From an uncultured Candidatus Saccharibacteria bacterium (GTDB lineage Bacteria > Patescibacteriota > Saccharimonadia > Saccharimonadales > UBA10212): a DNA stretch of 64,000 nucleotides. The notes below the pieces were generated by a model. That model was given only the letters and a program-made list of their open reading frames with translations, made no database searches and was not told where the DNA came from. Shown here piece by piece: positions 46,312 to 55,615 of this stretch (its first letter is position 1; each line of letters begins with the position of its first letter). The stretch lies in NCBI GenBank assembly GCA_965231085.1, contig OZ246413.1, positions 344,971 to 408,970 of the forward strand, read 5' to 3'. A program made the position numbers and the translations under genes.

Positions 46312-46911
46312 TTAACTGTAGAGATCCTTATACGGCTTATGAATCGTGTCGAGAAGGCTAGTTAACTTTGCTACTAATTTTTCTGGGTCGTCATCAAACA
46401 TTACATAATCTGGATTAGCGTTAGGCAGCAACTTCATAAGTTCGGGTATTTGATCACCTATACCACCGGCACCATCCAAAATCCCGATAGGTGTATGGGT
46501 TTCGGCAGCAATCGTAAATTCATGTAAAGTCCCCAGCCTGCCACCAATACTGATTACAGCGTCGGCCGAATTAATGAGCAGGGCGTCACGTCCTCCGTAA
46601 TGCAGACCGGTGTAAAGAATGGCGTCATAACTTGCTGTAGGCAATCGGTATTTCAGCATATGCTCAACTTTGGTCGAGGCTGGACTAAGGCCCAAACTCA
46701 TGGCCCCGCCAGCCTTTTTATAACCGATGGCCGCCTCATTGGGTAATCCCGTAGTAGCTCCAGTCATTAAACTATGGCCAGCCTTGGCAATAGCTGCACC
46801 AACCGCCAAGGCAAGTCTTTTGCCCTGGTCGGCACTGTGGCCTTTAGCTGCACCCGACACGCATATTTGGTATTTACCCATTATTATCAATACCCTCCAT
46901 CTCTGTAGCAA
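46312..46911 (-). CDS. LOG family (TIGR00725-like) Rossmann-fold nucleotide-binding protein
   Basis: GGxGTxxE-like motif (IGGRLGTLHE) and GGRD. The likely start is the internal MGKYQ (about 46881). Confidence 0.55.
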   Translation of the reverse strand: MLQRWRVLIIMGKYQICVSGAAKGHSADQGKRLALAVGAAIAKAGHSLMTGATTGLPNEAAIGYKKAGGAMSLGLSPASTKVEHMLKYRLPTASYDAILYTGLHYGGRDALLINSADAVISIGGRLGTLHEFTIAAETHTPIGILDGAGGIGDQIPELMKLLPNANPDYVMFDDDPEKLVAKLTSLLDTIHKPYKDLYS

Positions 46912-47926
46912 ATTCCTTGGCCGGATTTAGTAGTTCTCCGGTTTTTTCCTCGGCCATCTCTTCTGCAGCCACGATATCAGCTGGCAGAGCTTCCAATTTA
47001 TCTTTGTAGCGGCTAACAAGTTCATTCCAAAAAGCCATCTTGGCTTTTTCTTTCGAACGATCCTCATAAGAAGCCCCGTTGATGTGTGCCTGGGCGATAT
47101 CTTTATAGTTTAACGAAATCGGCTGACCATCGTTCCAGGCCATTAAATGTTCGGCATCTTCCCACCAGGCTAGTGTTGGATTAAGATGAGATAATTTTTT
47201 GGCGGGTTTGACAGTAGCCATTTGGCTAATTTGATCATGAAGCGCCAGGGTCAACGACAGAACCGATATTCTATTAGCCACGGTTGATTCCGCTATGGCT
47301 GCAACTCCGAGCCTCGAACTATTATTAGCGGTATTAGCCACCCCCCATTTTTTACGTTCTAAAACTACCAGCTGGACTGGCCGAAGTTCAAAGTCAGCAC
47401 TTGTATATTTTGCTAGCTTCGAGTTGAAATTCCTCAACCAAGTCGGCGATTCTAATAAGGTAGCCCCGTAGGCCAACTCAAAAGTGTCCTCACGCTTTAG
47501 CATAGAATCTAACGATCTGTAGTGAAGCCGCCTTAGAGTCTTTGGCACCCCGAGAGAAATTAATGTTTTACGAAGCTGCCCCTTTTTAAGGGCCCAGACC
47601 TGTCCGATGCCCTCCATATGCTCTAAAAAGCTTTTGGCCTTTTCAAGCTTATCCGTAAGAGAAGCTTCCTTGCTGACACCCAGAGCTCTATCAATAATCG
47701 CACCGTCTCTTTCAAAACGAGCTAGTAGGGCATGGTAAAGTTCCTCGCCTGTGGTGTCATTTGGGTCCAGACCAAGATCTCGTATTTTAGCCTTAACTTT
47801 TTGGGCAGACTCAGCCAGCAACCGAACATCCTCGCTTTTATATCCAACCTTTTGTTCAAGCTTGTTGATAACACCCGCAATATGCGTCTCAGGTTTATCA
47901 AGCAAAGTTGCTAAAACCCTTGACAT
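46874..47926 (-). CDS. Hypothetical protein (about 350 aa), no recognisable family
   Basis: Long ORF of consistent composition. The track start at 47968 overlaps pfkB by 41 nt, whereas the internal Met (MSRVLATL) sits 1 nt after the pfkB stop, so that start is preferred. Confidence 0.45.
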   Translation of the reverse strand: MSRVLATLLDKPETHIAGVINKLEQKVGYKSEDVRLLAESAQKVKAKIRDLGLDPNDTTGEELYHALLARFERDGAIIDRALGVSKEASLTDKLEKAKSFLEHMEGIGQVWALKKGQLRKTLISLGVPKTLRRLHYRSLDSMLKREDTFELAYGATLLESPTWLRNFNSKLAKYTSADFELRPVQLVVLERKKWGVANTANNSSRLGVAAIAESTVANRISVLSLTLALHDQISQMATVKPAKKLSHLNPTLAWWEDAEHLMAWNDGQPISLNYKDIAQAHINGASYEDRSKEKAKMAFWNELVSRYKDKLEALPADIVAAEEMAEEKTGELLNPAKEFATEMEGIDNNG

Positions 47927-47927
47927 G

Positions 47928-48935
47928 TTAAGCAATCCTTTCGGGATGGTACCACTTAGGCGCTTCACGCAATAAATGTTCTACTTCCCGAACATTAAGC
48001 AACCCAGCCTGCGCCCCAACCTTTTGAACTACACTCATGGCGTTAATTGGAGCCCAAAGTAGCGCTCCCTCTATGTCCGCACCATGCATAATGGCCGCTA
48101 CAAAGGTTGAAGTAAAGGCATCGCCTGCCCCGGTTCGCTCAAAAGGTGGCTTAGGGTCAGGGTAGATAGGCATTTTAAACCTTTTTTCGCCGTCACTAGC
48201 ATAAGCACCGTCATGACCGTCGCTTATAACTACAATCTTGGGCCCAAGGGCATGCAGCTTATCGAAAAGGTCATGGATGTCATTATGCTTTCCGCCGGAA
48301 ATTTGTGCCGCCTCTTCACGATTGACTGTCAGTATCTCTGAGCGTTCGTAAATTCTCTTTAGTCTTTTTGCCCCGGCCTTGATCTGAAAGGTACCCGGCT
48401 GAAAGGCTAGTTTAACTGGTAAATGACCGTCTAACCAACTCGCCAACTGGTCGTGATAATCAAGGGCATGCTCGCTTACGGAGCTGAAGTAAATCCATTT
48501 AGGAATATCGCTAATTCTAAAATGAGGCCAATGATATTCATAGTCTTCATGCTTGATTAAAATAGTTCGTTCTTCCTTATACCAAAGCACGTAGTGGTAG
48601 TTGCTTTGTTTATCGTGGTTTATGTGCACAAATCGAGCGTCGACTCCGGCTTTATGTAGAGCAGCCAGAATTTCACGCCCCTGTTCATCCGAGCCGATAT
48701 TTGCAACTAGCCCGGACTTGAGGCCGAGTCTGCTAAAAGCGACTGAGGCATTAGAAGCATTGCCAACAGCTGGGATGATCTCCTTATGGTCAAACGGTAC
48801 CTTAGTTCCAAAGGGAATAGCCAGCCAGTTACCATCGGCTCGATGCTCAACCCGCTCTTCTTCATCAAACAACTTTATAAAAGCGTCGGTTACTACGTCG
48901 CCAACTGCTAGAACATCTAGATTAGACTGGGCCAT
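47928..48935 (-). CDS. PfkB-family carbohydrate/nucleoside kinase
   Basis: 335 aa with an N-terminal GD dyad and the C-terminal TGAGDAFTS anion-hole motif. Confidence 0.75.
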   Translation of the reverse strand: MAQSNLDVLAVGDVVTDAFIKLFDEEERVEHRADGNWLAIPFGTKVPFDHKEIIPAVGNASNASVAFSRLGLKSGLVANIGSDEQGREILAALHKAGVDARFVHINHDKQSNYHYVLWYKEERTILIKHEDYEYHWPHFRISDIPKWIYFSSVSEHALDYHDQLASWLDGHLPVKLAFQPGTFQIKAGAKRLKRIYERSEILTVNREEAAQISGGKHNDIHDLFDKLHALGPKIVVISDGHDGAYASDGEKRFKMPIYPDPKPPFERTGAGDAFTSTFVAAIMHGADIEGALLWAPINAMSVVQKVGAQAGLLNVREVEHLLREAPKWYHPERIA

Positions 48936-49004
48936 CTGTTATTTATACCTTATACCGCTCGTGTTTACAGCTTAAATTGTAGCATAAACCATGAGCAAAA
49001 TAAC

Positions 49005-49033
49005 TTGACCTAGAGGGGTTTGTGTTGTATAAT
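49005..49033 (+). promoter_or_regulatory. Consensus sigma70 promoter for the intergenic small RNA
   Basis: TTGACC (49005-49010), a 17-nt spacer, then TATAAT (49028-49033). It points away from pfkB toward fba. Confidence 0.55.
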
Positions 49034-49039
49034 ATTCGA

Positions 49040-49293
49040 ACATCATGCGTCTGTACCCACCCTACGGTAGCATGGTCTCTTGATCAATCCTCTGGCCCCG
49101 ACGCTGCGCCGAGGTGAGACCAAGAGCGGAGCAGTCGTTCGACTCCGGGCAGCGGCATGCGAACCCGCGCCTCCCGTCGCAAGTTCGAAGCGATGCTATC
49201 GACGACTCGAACAGCTGGGAGGGGTGCGCGCCCGCGCTCCCCTCCCACACTCAACTTATAAAAGTCTTAGGACCCAACAAGAGGTCTTTTTTT
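49040..49293 (+). ncRNA. Candidate structured small RNA (about 250 nt, GC-rich), identity unknown
   Basis: Bounded by the promoter above and a hairpin/U7 terminator (AGGACC-caacaaga-GGUCUU-UUUUUUU, 49269-49293). Multiple nested perfect helices, for example GGUCUC...GAGACC, GUUCGA...UCGAAC and GGGAGGGG...CCCCUCCC. No ORF is compatible with the terminator. Confidence 0.4.
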
Positions 49294-50233
49294 ATACCTT
49301 GGCCTTACCGGCCGAGTTAAAGTTATCAATCTTGGATTCGACAACTTTTTGTACTTGATCTATGACTTCACCCATAAGCTTAACCACTGCATATTCTTCC
49401 TTGTTTTCTTTTAAGACCTTCTCCAGAGTTTCACGATAAGCAATCCTCATATCACTATTGATATTTATTTTCGTAACGCCAATCTTTACAGCTTCCACAA
49501 AATAGTGGCCTGGCGTGCCGCTACCACCATGCAGTGAAATATTACAGTCGATTGCAGCGCGTATTTTCCGTAACAAATCTAGGTCTAGTTTTTTTGGTAC
49601 CGGGTAATGTCCGTGTAAATTGCCAACTGCTGCCGCGAAAGTATCGATACCGGTAGCCGTAACAAAAGCCTTTGCCCCAGCCGGAGTGGTAAAAGTCTTC
49701 TTAATTTCGGCGTAATCAATTTTTTCTTTATGCAAATTACTCGAACCACCAAAATAATGCGGCTCAGCCTCTACCATAGCGCCGGTTAGCTTAGCAGCCT
49801 GCACCACCCGAACGGTTTTTTCTATTATCTCTTCGTCGGTGGCGTCATGGTTGGCTTGTGAGATATCGATGTGTATGCATTCAAACCCAGCCGTGATTCC
49901 AGCAATAGCGTCCTCAACCGATGGGCTGTGGTCGAGGTTAATATACATTTCAATTTTGTAGTCCTTTTTGTAATTATCAACCATGTCTCGAATATTATCT
50001 AAGCCCATGGCATCGACTTCGCCCTGGCTGACCTCCACTAGAACCGGAGCCTTCATTTTGGCTGCTGCTTTTGCTACGGCAATTAATGTTTCTTGGTTGT
50101 CTAGGTTAAAAGCTCCTAAGGCAAAATGCTCTCTTCGGGCCCGCTCAAAGCAAGCTCGCGCTTCTTGGCAGTTTTTCCGGATTTCGGTCATGGTGTGACT
50201 CATGCCTACAATTGTAAATGCTTGTGGTTGCAA
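49292..50233 (-). CDS. fba: Class II fructose-bisphosphate aldolase
   Basis: LGAFN..., INLDHS and LHGGSG motifs. The start is uncertain (TTG at 50233 or ATG at about 50203). Confidence 0.8.
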   Translation of the reverse strand: MQPQAFTIVGMSHTMTEIRKNCQEARACFERARREHFALGAFNLDNQETLIAVAKAAAKMKAPVLVEVSQGEVDAMGLDNIRDMVDNYKKDYKIEMYINLDHSPSVEDAIAGITAGFECIHIDISQANHDATDEEIIEKTVRVVQAAKLTGAMVEAEPHYFGGSSNLHKEKIDYAEIKKTFTTPAGAKAFVTATGIDTFAAAVGNLHGHYPVPKKLDLDLLRKIRAAIDCNISLHGGSGTPGHYFVEAVKIGVTKININSDMRIAYRETLEKVLKENKEEYAVVKLMGEVIDQVQKVVESKIDNFNSAGKAKV

Positions 50234-50265
50234 TTGGAATCTAATAATAAGATAATCCCATTAAC

Positions 50266-50637
50266 ATGAGCGAAAAGAAATTGGCCCATTTTGAAGATAG
50301 AGAAGATGTCCGAAAAGTGATTGGAATACACCTCGAGTCCATGGGACACTCAGTTGTGGCAGTAGCAACCAATCTACGCGAGGCCCTGGAGACTATCGAT
50401 CAAATTGCCAGTGGCGGTATTGAGGTTGACGCTATCATTCTTGACGGAAATCTTAAACAGGGTGCAAATGATAATCAAGACGCGAGAGACATTGTTGCCT
50501 ACGCCAAATCAAAGGGAGTAACAGTCCCAATAATTGGTTTTGCAAGCGAATCTTTAACAAAGCGAGGTATTGCAGTTGATCACGACCCAACAAAACAAGA
50601 TATACCTGGGTTACTAAAAATTATCGGCGATCTTTAG
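50266..50637 (+). CDS. Stand-alone receiver-like (CheY-fold) domain protein, atypical
   Basis: 123 aa with a beta-alpha pattern and a conserved Asp in AIILDGNL, but the acidic pocket DD is replaced (FEDRED). Tentative. Confidence 0.35.
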   Translation: MSEKKLAHFEDREDVRKVIGIHLESMGHSVVAVATNLREALETIDQIASGGIEVDAIILDGNLKQGANDNQDARDIVAYAKSKGVTVPIIGFASESLTKRGIAVDHDPTKQDIPGLLKIIGDL

Positions 50638-51611
50638 TGTTTATGGCCTTTATGATCGCTAAGTAGATTATGGGCAGTTTTGGCAATGTGCTCAGCTGTT
50701 AAACCAAAGTGCTTCAGTAATTCCTCTGGCTTGCCAGACTCACCAAACCTATCTTGCATACCGATTCTTAACATTGGGGTTGGTAAATTTTCTCCTAGCA
50801 GCTCAGCCACAGCACTGCCAAGACCGCCGTTAATTTGAGCCTCTTCTGCCGTAATTACATGTCTTGTTTTGGCGGCACTCTTTATAATTGTCGCGGAATC
50901 TAGCGGCTTAATAGTTGGGACATGTATAACCTCGGCACTGATTTTATGTCTCGCTAGCTCTTCAGCGGCAGCTAGTGCCTGATAGGTCATGGTGCCAGTT
51001 GCCGCTATTGTAATATCTTTGCCTTCTCGGAAAACATAGGCCTTGCCGATTTCAAAAGGCGTATGTAGCGTGGTTACAATTGGTGTCGCCTCTCGAGCTA
51101 CGCGCATATAGTTAGGCCGCTCGTCGCTTGCCATGGCTAGCGTGGCTTTCTCGGCTTCCAGGCTGTCACAAGGCGCAATTACGACCATGTTTGGCATGGC
51201 CCTCATTAGAGCAAGATCTTCTAGCATTTGGTGCGTCGCGCCGTCCGGACCGACGCTAATTCCTGCATGTGAGCCAATGATTTTAACTGGTCTGTCGTTT
51301 AAGGCTATAGTGGTTCTAATTTGTTCCCAATTGCGACCCGGGCTAAAAGCCGCATAGCTGCTCACAAACGGAATTTTGCCAACGGCCGAGAGACCGGAGG
51401 CAACAGTAACCAAGTTTTGCTCGGCCACGCCAACATCTATAAACCGGTCTGGATAGGCTTCGGCAAAGAAATGCATTTGAGTTGATTCTGTGAGATCAGC
51501 ACAAATTGCCACTATTTTACTATTCTGACGTCCAGCTTCAAGCAGCCCTCGCCCAAAGCCTTTTCGAATCGGTTCTTCTTGCAGCTGATTAGTCGCTAAA
51601 CGCAGATCCAT
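50634..51611 (-). CDS. Transketolase, C-terminal (pyrimidine-binding) subunit of a split enzyme
   Basis: 325 aa with Pyr- and C-domain motifs. Overlaps the N-terminal subunit gene by 1 nt. Confidence 0.85.
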   Translation of the reverse strand: MDLRLATNQLQEEPIRKGFGRGLLEAGRQNSKIVAICADLTESTQMHFFAEAYPDRFIDVGVAEQNLVTVASGLSAVGKIPFVSSYAAFSPGRNWEQIRTTIALNDRPVKIIGSHAGISVGPDGATHQMLEDLALMRAMPNMVVIAPCDSLEAEKATLAMASDERPNYMRVAREATPIVTTLHTPFEIGKAYVFREGKDITIAATGTMTYQALAAAEELARHKISAEVIHVPTIKPLDSATIIKSAAKTRHVITAEEAQINGGLGSAVAELLGENLPTPMLRIGMQDRFGESGKPEELLKHFGLTAEHIAKTAHNLLSDHKGHKH

Positions 51612-52477
51612 TACTGATGCTCCGATCTAATCTTGCCGCCCAGTGTCCTGAGTTCATGTAGTGCTTTCTTGGCTTGTTCGTGGTTCGGTGGTGTGCCGTG
51701 CCATTTATAGTCATACTCCATGAAGTCGACGCCCTTACCGGGCACAGTATGAGCAATAATAACTACCGGCTTTTCAGTAATAGCCTTAGCCATATCACAA
51801 GCATTGATAAACTGTTCGATATTGTTGCCATCAGTTTCTATAGCATGCCAACCAAAAGCCTCCCATTTGGCTTTTAAATTCTCCAGCGGCATAACATGCT
51901 CAGTTGTTCCATCAATCTGAATATTATTACGGTCAACTACACCTATGATGTTGCTGAGCTTATATTTACTGGCAAACATGGCGGCTTCCCAAACGTTGCC
52001 CTCGTCTAGCTCACCGTCGCTCATAACCACGTAAACCCATCGGTGAACTACTTTGTCCATTTTTAAACCCAGGGCCATACCAGCAGCCTGGCTAAGCCCA
52101 CAACCCAAGGGGCCGCTTGTAGTCTCCATGCCAGGTAGTCTTAGCCGCTCCGGGTGACCCTGCAAACGAGAACCGAACTGTCTTAAAGTCATTAGCTCGG
52201 CCCTATCGAAGTAGCCAGCGTGAGCCATTGTAGCGTAGCGAACCGGAACGCAGTGACCGTTGCTTAGGACCAGTATATCTCTCTCATCCCAGTCGGGGCG
52301 CTTTGGGTCATTTTTTAAAACATCAAAATACAGTGCGGTAAAAATATCGGCTAGTCCTAAAGGCCCGGCCGAGTGGCCGCTACCAGCGTGCTCTAACATT
52401 TTAATAATGTCGATGCGAATATCGTTAGCTATTGCTTGAAGTTCAACTACCGATTTCTTGCTGGAGTCTGCGATCAT
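51611..52477 (-). CDS. Transketolase, N-terminal (TPP-binding) subunit of a split enzyme
   Basis: 288 aa with GHSAGPLG and GDGELDEGNVWEAA thiamine-PP motifs. Confidence 0.85.
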   Translation of the reverse strand: MIADSSKKSVVELQAIANDIRIDIIKMLEHAGSGHSAGPLGLADIFTALYFDVLKNDPKRPDWDERDILVLSNGHCVPVRYATMAHAGYFDRAELMTLRQFGSRLQGHPERLRLPGMETTSGPLGCGLSQAAGMALGLKMDKVVHRWVYVVMSDGELDEGNVWEAAMFASKYKLSNIIGVVDRNNIQIDGTTEHVMPLENLKAKWEAFGWHAIETDGNNIEQFINACDMAKAITEKPVVIIAHTVPGKGVDFMEYDYKWHGTPPNHEQAKKALHELRTLGGKIRSEHQ

Positions 52478-53127
52478 TATGCGCTCCCCGTTTCTGCAGC
52501 AATCCGTTGTAGGGTTTTATACCCTTTTTCTGGAGTTTCGGCTTTTTGCAAAAATCCACCAACCCCGACATTTAGCACATCTATTCCACCGTGAACGAGT
52601 CGAGATACATTCTGATCGTTTACTCCACCGTCCCAGCCTACTTCTAGGCTATGCTTACCCGCCTTTAATATTTTTACCTTTTCTAGTAAGTCAAGGTCGG
52701 CCTGGCCGCCATATTTGCCAAGCTCACCACTAAAAATTAGTACATGATCTATAATCGGCAAAGCACCAGCGATAACCAATGGGGATGTCCCTGGCAGTAA
52801 GGCGACGCCTACTTTAACTCCGTGCTTCTTGCAAAGCTCGGCAAATTCGCTAAAATCGCCGCGACATTCAGCATGCACAATAATAAGATGTGGTTTATGT
52901 TCGATTATGGCCTTGGCAGCGCTTATCGGCTGATTATACATTAAGTGTATGTCGGCCCTTACCCCGACCGGCCACCAAGCCTCCTTGGGGCTGACCGTCT
53001 TGGGTTTTGCAAACTCACCGTCCGTTAAATCAACTTGTATTCTGTGAGCAAAGCGAGCTACTTTTTCCATTGTATCGTGATATTTCTCAAGACTTTCCTC
53101 AAGCACTGCCGGACATACAATTGCCAT
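52477..53127 (-). CDS. rpe: Ribulose-phosphate 3-epimerase family protein
   Basis: 216 aa TIM-barrel, phosphate-binding family (VDLTDGEF, LLPGTSP). Confidence 0.65.
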   Translation of the reverse strand: MAIVCPAVLEESLEKYHDTMEKVARFAHRIQVDLTDGEFAKPKTVSPKEAWWPVGVRADIHLMYNQPISAAKAIIEHKPHLIIVHAECRGDFSEFAELCKKHGVKVGVALLPGTSPLVIAGALPIIDHVLIFSGELGKYGGQADLDLLEKVKILKAGKHSLEVGWDGGVNDQNVSRLVHGGIDVLNVGVGGFLQKAETPEKGYKTLQRIAAETGSA

Positions 53128-53625
53128 CTAGCTAACCTCCCTGTCTAGCTTGGCTATACGCCGTGAGTGCCTGGCGTTGCCACTAAAATCGGTAGCCAGC
53201 CAAATTTTTATGGCTTGGTTGATTTCGTCCGGGCTTAAAAATCTAGCAGCTAGACTCAACATGTTTGCATCGTTGTGCTCACGAGTAAGTTTAATAATCT
53301 CGTAGGGATCGTGACTAGTTTTGCCCTCAGCGTCAACCGCACGCCTGGCTACTGCTGTGCTATAAAATACTGCACAGCGAATACCGCCTATTCGATTAGC
53401 CCCCATAGCTTCACCTTGACCACTTCCTCCTAAAATAATACCTCTGTCGCAACGACCGGCAGCCACTGCTTTGGCAGCCGGTAAAACAAAATCCGGATAA
53501 TCATCCGCCGGGTTAAGAGCACTTGGTCCAAAACTAACGCATTCGTGACCCAACGATTCCAAGAACAATCTTACCTCGCGCAGATTGTTATAGCCTGTAT
53601 GGTCGGAAGTTAATGCGACTTTCAT
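53128..53625 (-). CDS. rpiB: Ribose-5-phosphate isomerase B
   Basis: 165 aa with RpiB/LacAB motifs (GSDHTGY-like SDHTGY, ILGGSGQGEAMGANR). Confidence 0.85.
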   Translation of the reverse strand: MKVALTSDHTGYNNLREVRLFLESLGHECVSFGPSALNPADDYPDFVLPAAKAVAAGRCDRGIILGGSGQGEAMGANRIGGIRCAVFYSTAVARRAVDAEGKTSHDPYEIIKLTREHNDANMLSLAARFLSPDEINQAIKIWLATDFSGNARHSRRIAKLDREVS

Positions 53626-54749
53626 CCCTTTTGCGCAATCTCCCCTTGGTTTGCTGGTGCAGTCAGTAATTCCTCTTTGGCCGATTCTGGTGCTTCGAGT
53701 AAAGCCTCTTTCACAGCAACCGCAGGTTCAGCTGAAGAGCCTGTGATTAGCTTTCCGGTGTCGGCGGTTATCTCTACTAATCGGTTGCTATAACCCCACT
53801 CGTTGTCATACCAAGCTACAACCTTTAGCAGGTTACCTCCAACTACGTTAGTTAGTGCGAGATCAATAATTGCCGAATGGCTATTGCCAATAAAGTCACT
53901 ACTAACTAACGGTTCTTCTGTGACAGCTAGAATCCCCTGATAATATGGCTCGGCTGCAGCTTTTTTGAATACTTCATTAACTTCTTCAGCGGTTACCTCG
54001 CGCTTGGTTACTATGGCAAAGTCACTCAGCGAAACAACTGGGGTAGGAACCCTAATACTTAAACCACCAAACATGCCCTTTAAGGTTGGTAGGGCTTCTG
54101 TGGCGGCTATGGTCGCCCCTGTGCTAGTCGGAACAATGTTCTCAGCAGCGTTGCGGGCTCGGCGTAGATCTTTGTGGGGGGCGTCCTGCAAACGTTGATC
54201 GGCCGTATAGCTGTGAATGGTTGTCATCATGGCTTTTTCAATACCAAATGCTTCTTCGATTACCGCCATCACTGGTGTTATGCAGTTAGTAGTGCAAGAA
54301 GCATTGCTGATAACTTCGCCAGAAGTTTCAAGTTCGGTCTCATTTACTCCAAGGACCACCGTACTCGCACCCTCACCTTTGGCCGGTGCGCTTAAGATTA
54401 CTTTCTTTGCTCCGGCACTAACGTGAGCCTTGGCTTTTTCTGGTTCGTCAAAAACACCGGTCGATTCTATAACGACTTCAACCCCAAGATCTTTCCATGG
54501 TAATTTAGCCGGATCTTTTTCGGCTAAGACTTTTGTTTTTTGACCATTAACGATAATGTTCTGCTCATCAAAAGTGACTTCGTGCTCATAGGTTCCGTAG
54601 TTACTGTCGTGTTTTAGTAGATGTGCCAAAGTTTTTGTATCTGTTAGGTCATTAACAGCTACTATTTCAAGGTCAGATCTTTCGAAAGCAATCTTAAAAG
54701 CGTTGCGCCCAATTCTTCCGAACCCATTTATAGCAATTTTGGTTTTCAC
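53622..54749 (-). CDS. gap: Glyceraldehyde-3-phosphate dehydrogenase
   Basis: 375 aa with NGFGRIGR and the active site SNASCTTNC. It carries a roughly 40-aa C-terminal extension. Confidence 0.9.
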   Translation of the reverse strand: MKTKIAINGFGRIGRNAFKIAFERSDLEIVAVNDLTDTKTLAHLLKHDSNYGTYEHEVTFDEQNIIVNGQKTKVLAEKDPAKLPWKDLGVEVVIESTGVFDEPEKAKAHVSAGAKKVILSAPAKGEGASTVVLGVNETELETSGEVISNASCTTNCITPVMAVIEEAFGIEKAMMTTIHSYTADQRLQDAPHKDLRRARNAAENIVPTSTGATIAATEALPTLKGMFGGLSIRVPTPVVSLSDFAIVTKREVTAEEVNEVFKKAAAEPYYQGILAVTEEPLVSSDFIGNSHSAIIDLALTNVVGGNLLKVVAWYDNEWGYSNRLVEITADTGKLITGSSAEPAVAVKEALLEAPESAKEELLTAPANQGEIAQKG

Positions 54750-54824
54750 TTAACAACTCCCTCCCTAGTTAGCATAAGCCTTATGCTAATATTGTAAGCT
54801 TTTTACAGTCTTGCGCGCAACAGA

Positions 54825-55355
54825 TTACTTTGAGTAGTTGGCAATTGCCTCAGATATAACTTTTTTGGCTGCTTCAGCGTTGCCCCAACCTTTAAACTCA
54901 ACTTTTACACCCTGCCAGTTGTTCTTCCAGTCTTTGTAGTGGGTGTAAAAATGTTCTACCCGTTGCTTAAAAGCGGGATCTAGATCTTCAACTTCTTTTA
55001 CTGAGTCTTTACTAATATCTTTAGCCGGTACGCAGATCAACTTTTCATCGCCCTCACCATCATCAATCATATAAAGCACACCAATTGGTCTGGCTGGCAC
55101 GACTGCACCGTGAACTACCGGCTCATCAATTACCAGCAGAACATCCAGTGGGTCGCCATCATCACATAGGGTTCCAGGCACATAGCCGTAGTCTGCCGGG
55201 TACGTTGCAGTTGTGGCATTAACTCTATCTAATGTCAGTCGCCCAGTACCTTTATCAATTTCATATTTGTTACGGCCACCGCCTTTTTGAATTTCAATAA
55301 TAACATTCACTTCATCAGGTGCATTTTTACCAGTGGGAACAGGTTGGTTTGACAT
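54825..55355 (-). CDS. ppa: Inorganic pyrophosphatase
   Basis: 176 aa with DGDPLDVLV and YGYV motifs. Confidence 0.85.
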   Translation of the reverse strand: MSNQPVPTGKNAPDEVNVIIEIQKGGGRNKYEIDKGTGRLTLDRVNATTATYPADYGYVPGTLCDDGDPLDVLLVIDEPVVHGAVVPARPIGVLYMIDDGEGDEKLICVPAKDISKDSVKEVEDLDPAFKQRVEHFYTHYKDWKNNWQGVKVEFKGWGNAEAAKKVISEAIANYSK

Positions 55356-55499
55356 CTTGGCCTCCTAAACTTTCTAGTACAAAATCGTACTCTTGTTAAT
55401 TAGTATTTCCCGCTCAACAACTCCCTACAACGAAAGTTTGGCGGCTGAATCTCCTTATTCTGGTTTTATTTTACAGTATAGACTGGCCTTATAAAAGAA

Positions 55500-55535
55500 A
55501 AGAGGGCCGATCCGTGCCGAAGCACGAACCGACCC
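55500..55535 (-). terminator. Strong intrinsic terminator ending the tRNA operon
   Basis: On the minus strand: GGGUCGGUUCGUGC-UUCG-GCACGGAUCGGCCC followed by UCUUUUCUUUUAU. Confidence 0.65.
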
Positions 55536-55542
55536 TGTAGAA

Positions 55543-55615
55543 CTGCGCGCGCGGGGTTCGAACCCGCGTTACCTGCACCGTTGGCAGGGGTTCTAGGCCA
55601 CTGAACTAGCGCGCA
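55543..55615 (-). tRNA. tRNA-Arg (anticodon ACG) with atypical A33 and G37
   Basis: Acceptor TGCGCGC/GCGCGCA, D arm GTTC...GAAC, anticodon stem CCTGC/GCAGG with loop CAACGGT, T loop TTCGAAC. No CCA is encoded. It directly abuts the upstream tRNA. Confidence 0.65.

Noticed and set aside
49040-49293. Interpretation of the small RNA as RNase P RNA, tmRNA or SRP RNA
   Set aside because: It is too short for bacterial RNase P or tmRNA (about 250 nt versus 330 or more). It lacks the GGGG...ACCA tRNA-like ends and a tag-peptide ORF. It has no GGAA/AGCAGC domain-IV signature. The identity is left open rather than forced.
49062-49358. ORFs 49062-49250 (minus), 49080-49358 (plus) and 49114-49320 (plus) in the pfkB-fba intergenic region
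   Set aside because: The plus-strand frames run through a clear hairpin plus U7 terminator, and none has an RBS. The region is better explained as a structured non-coding RNA.
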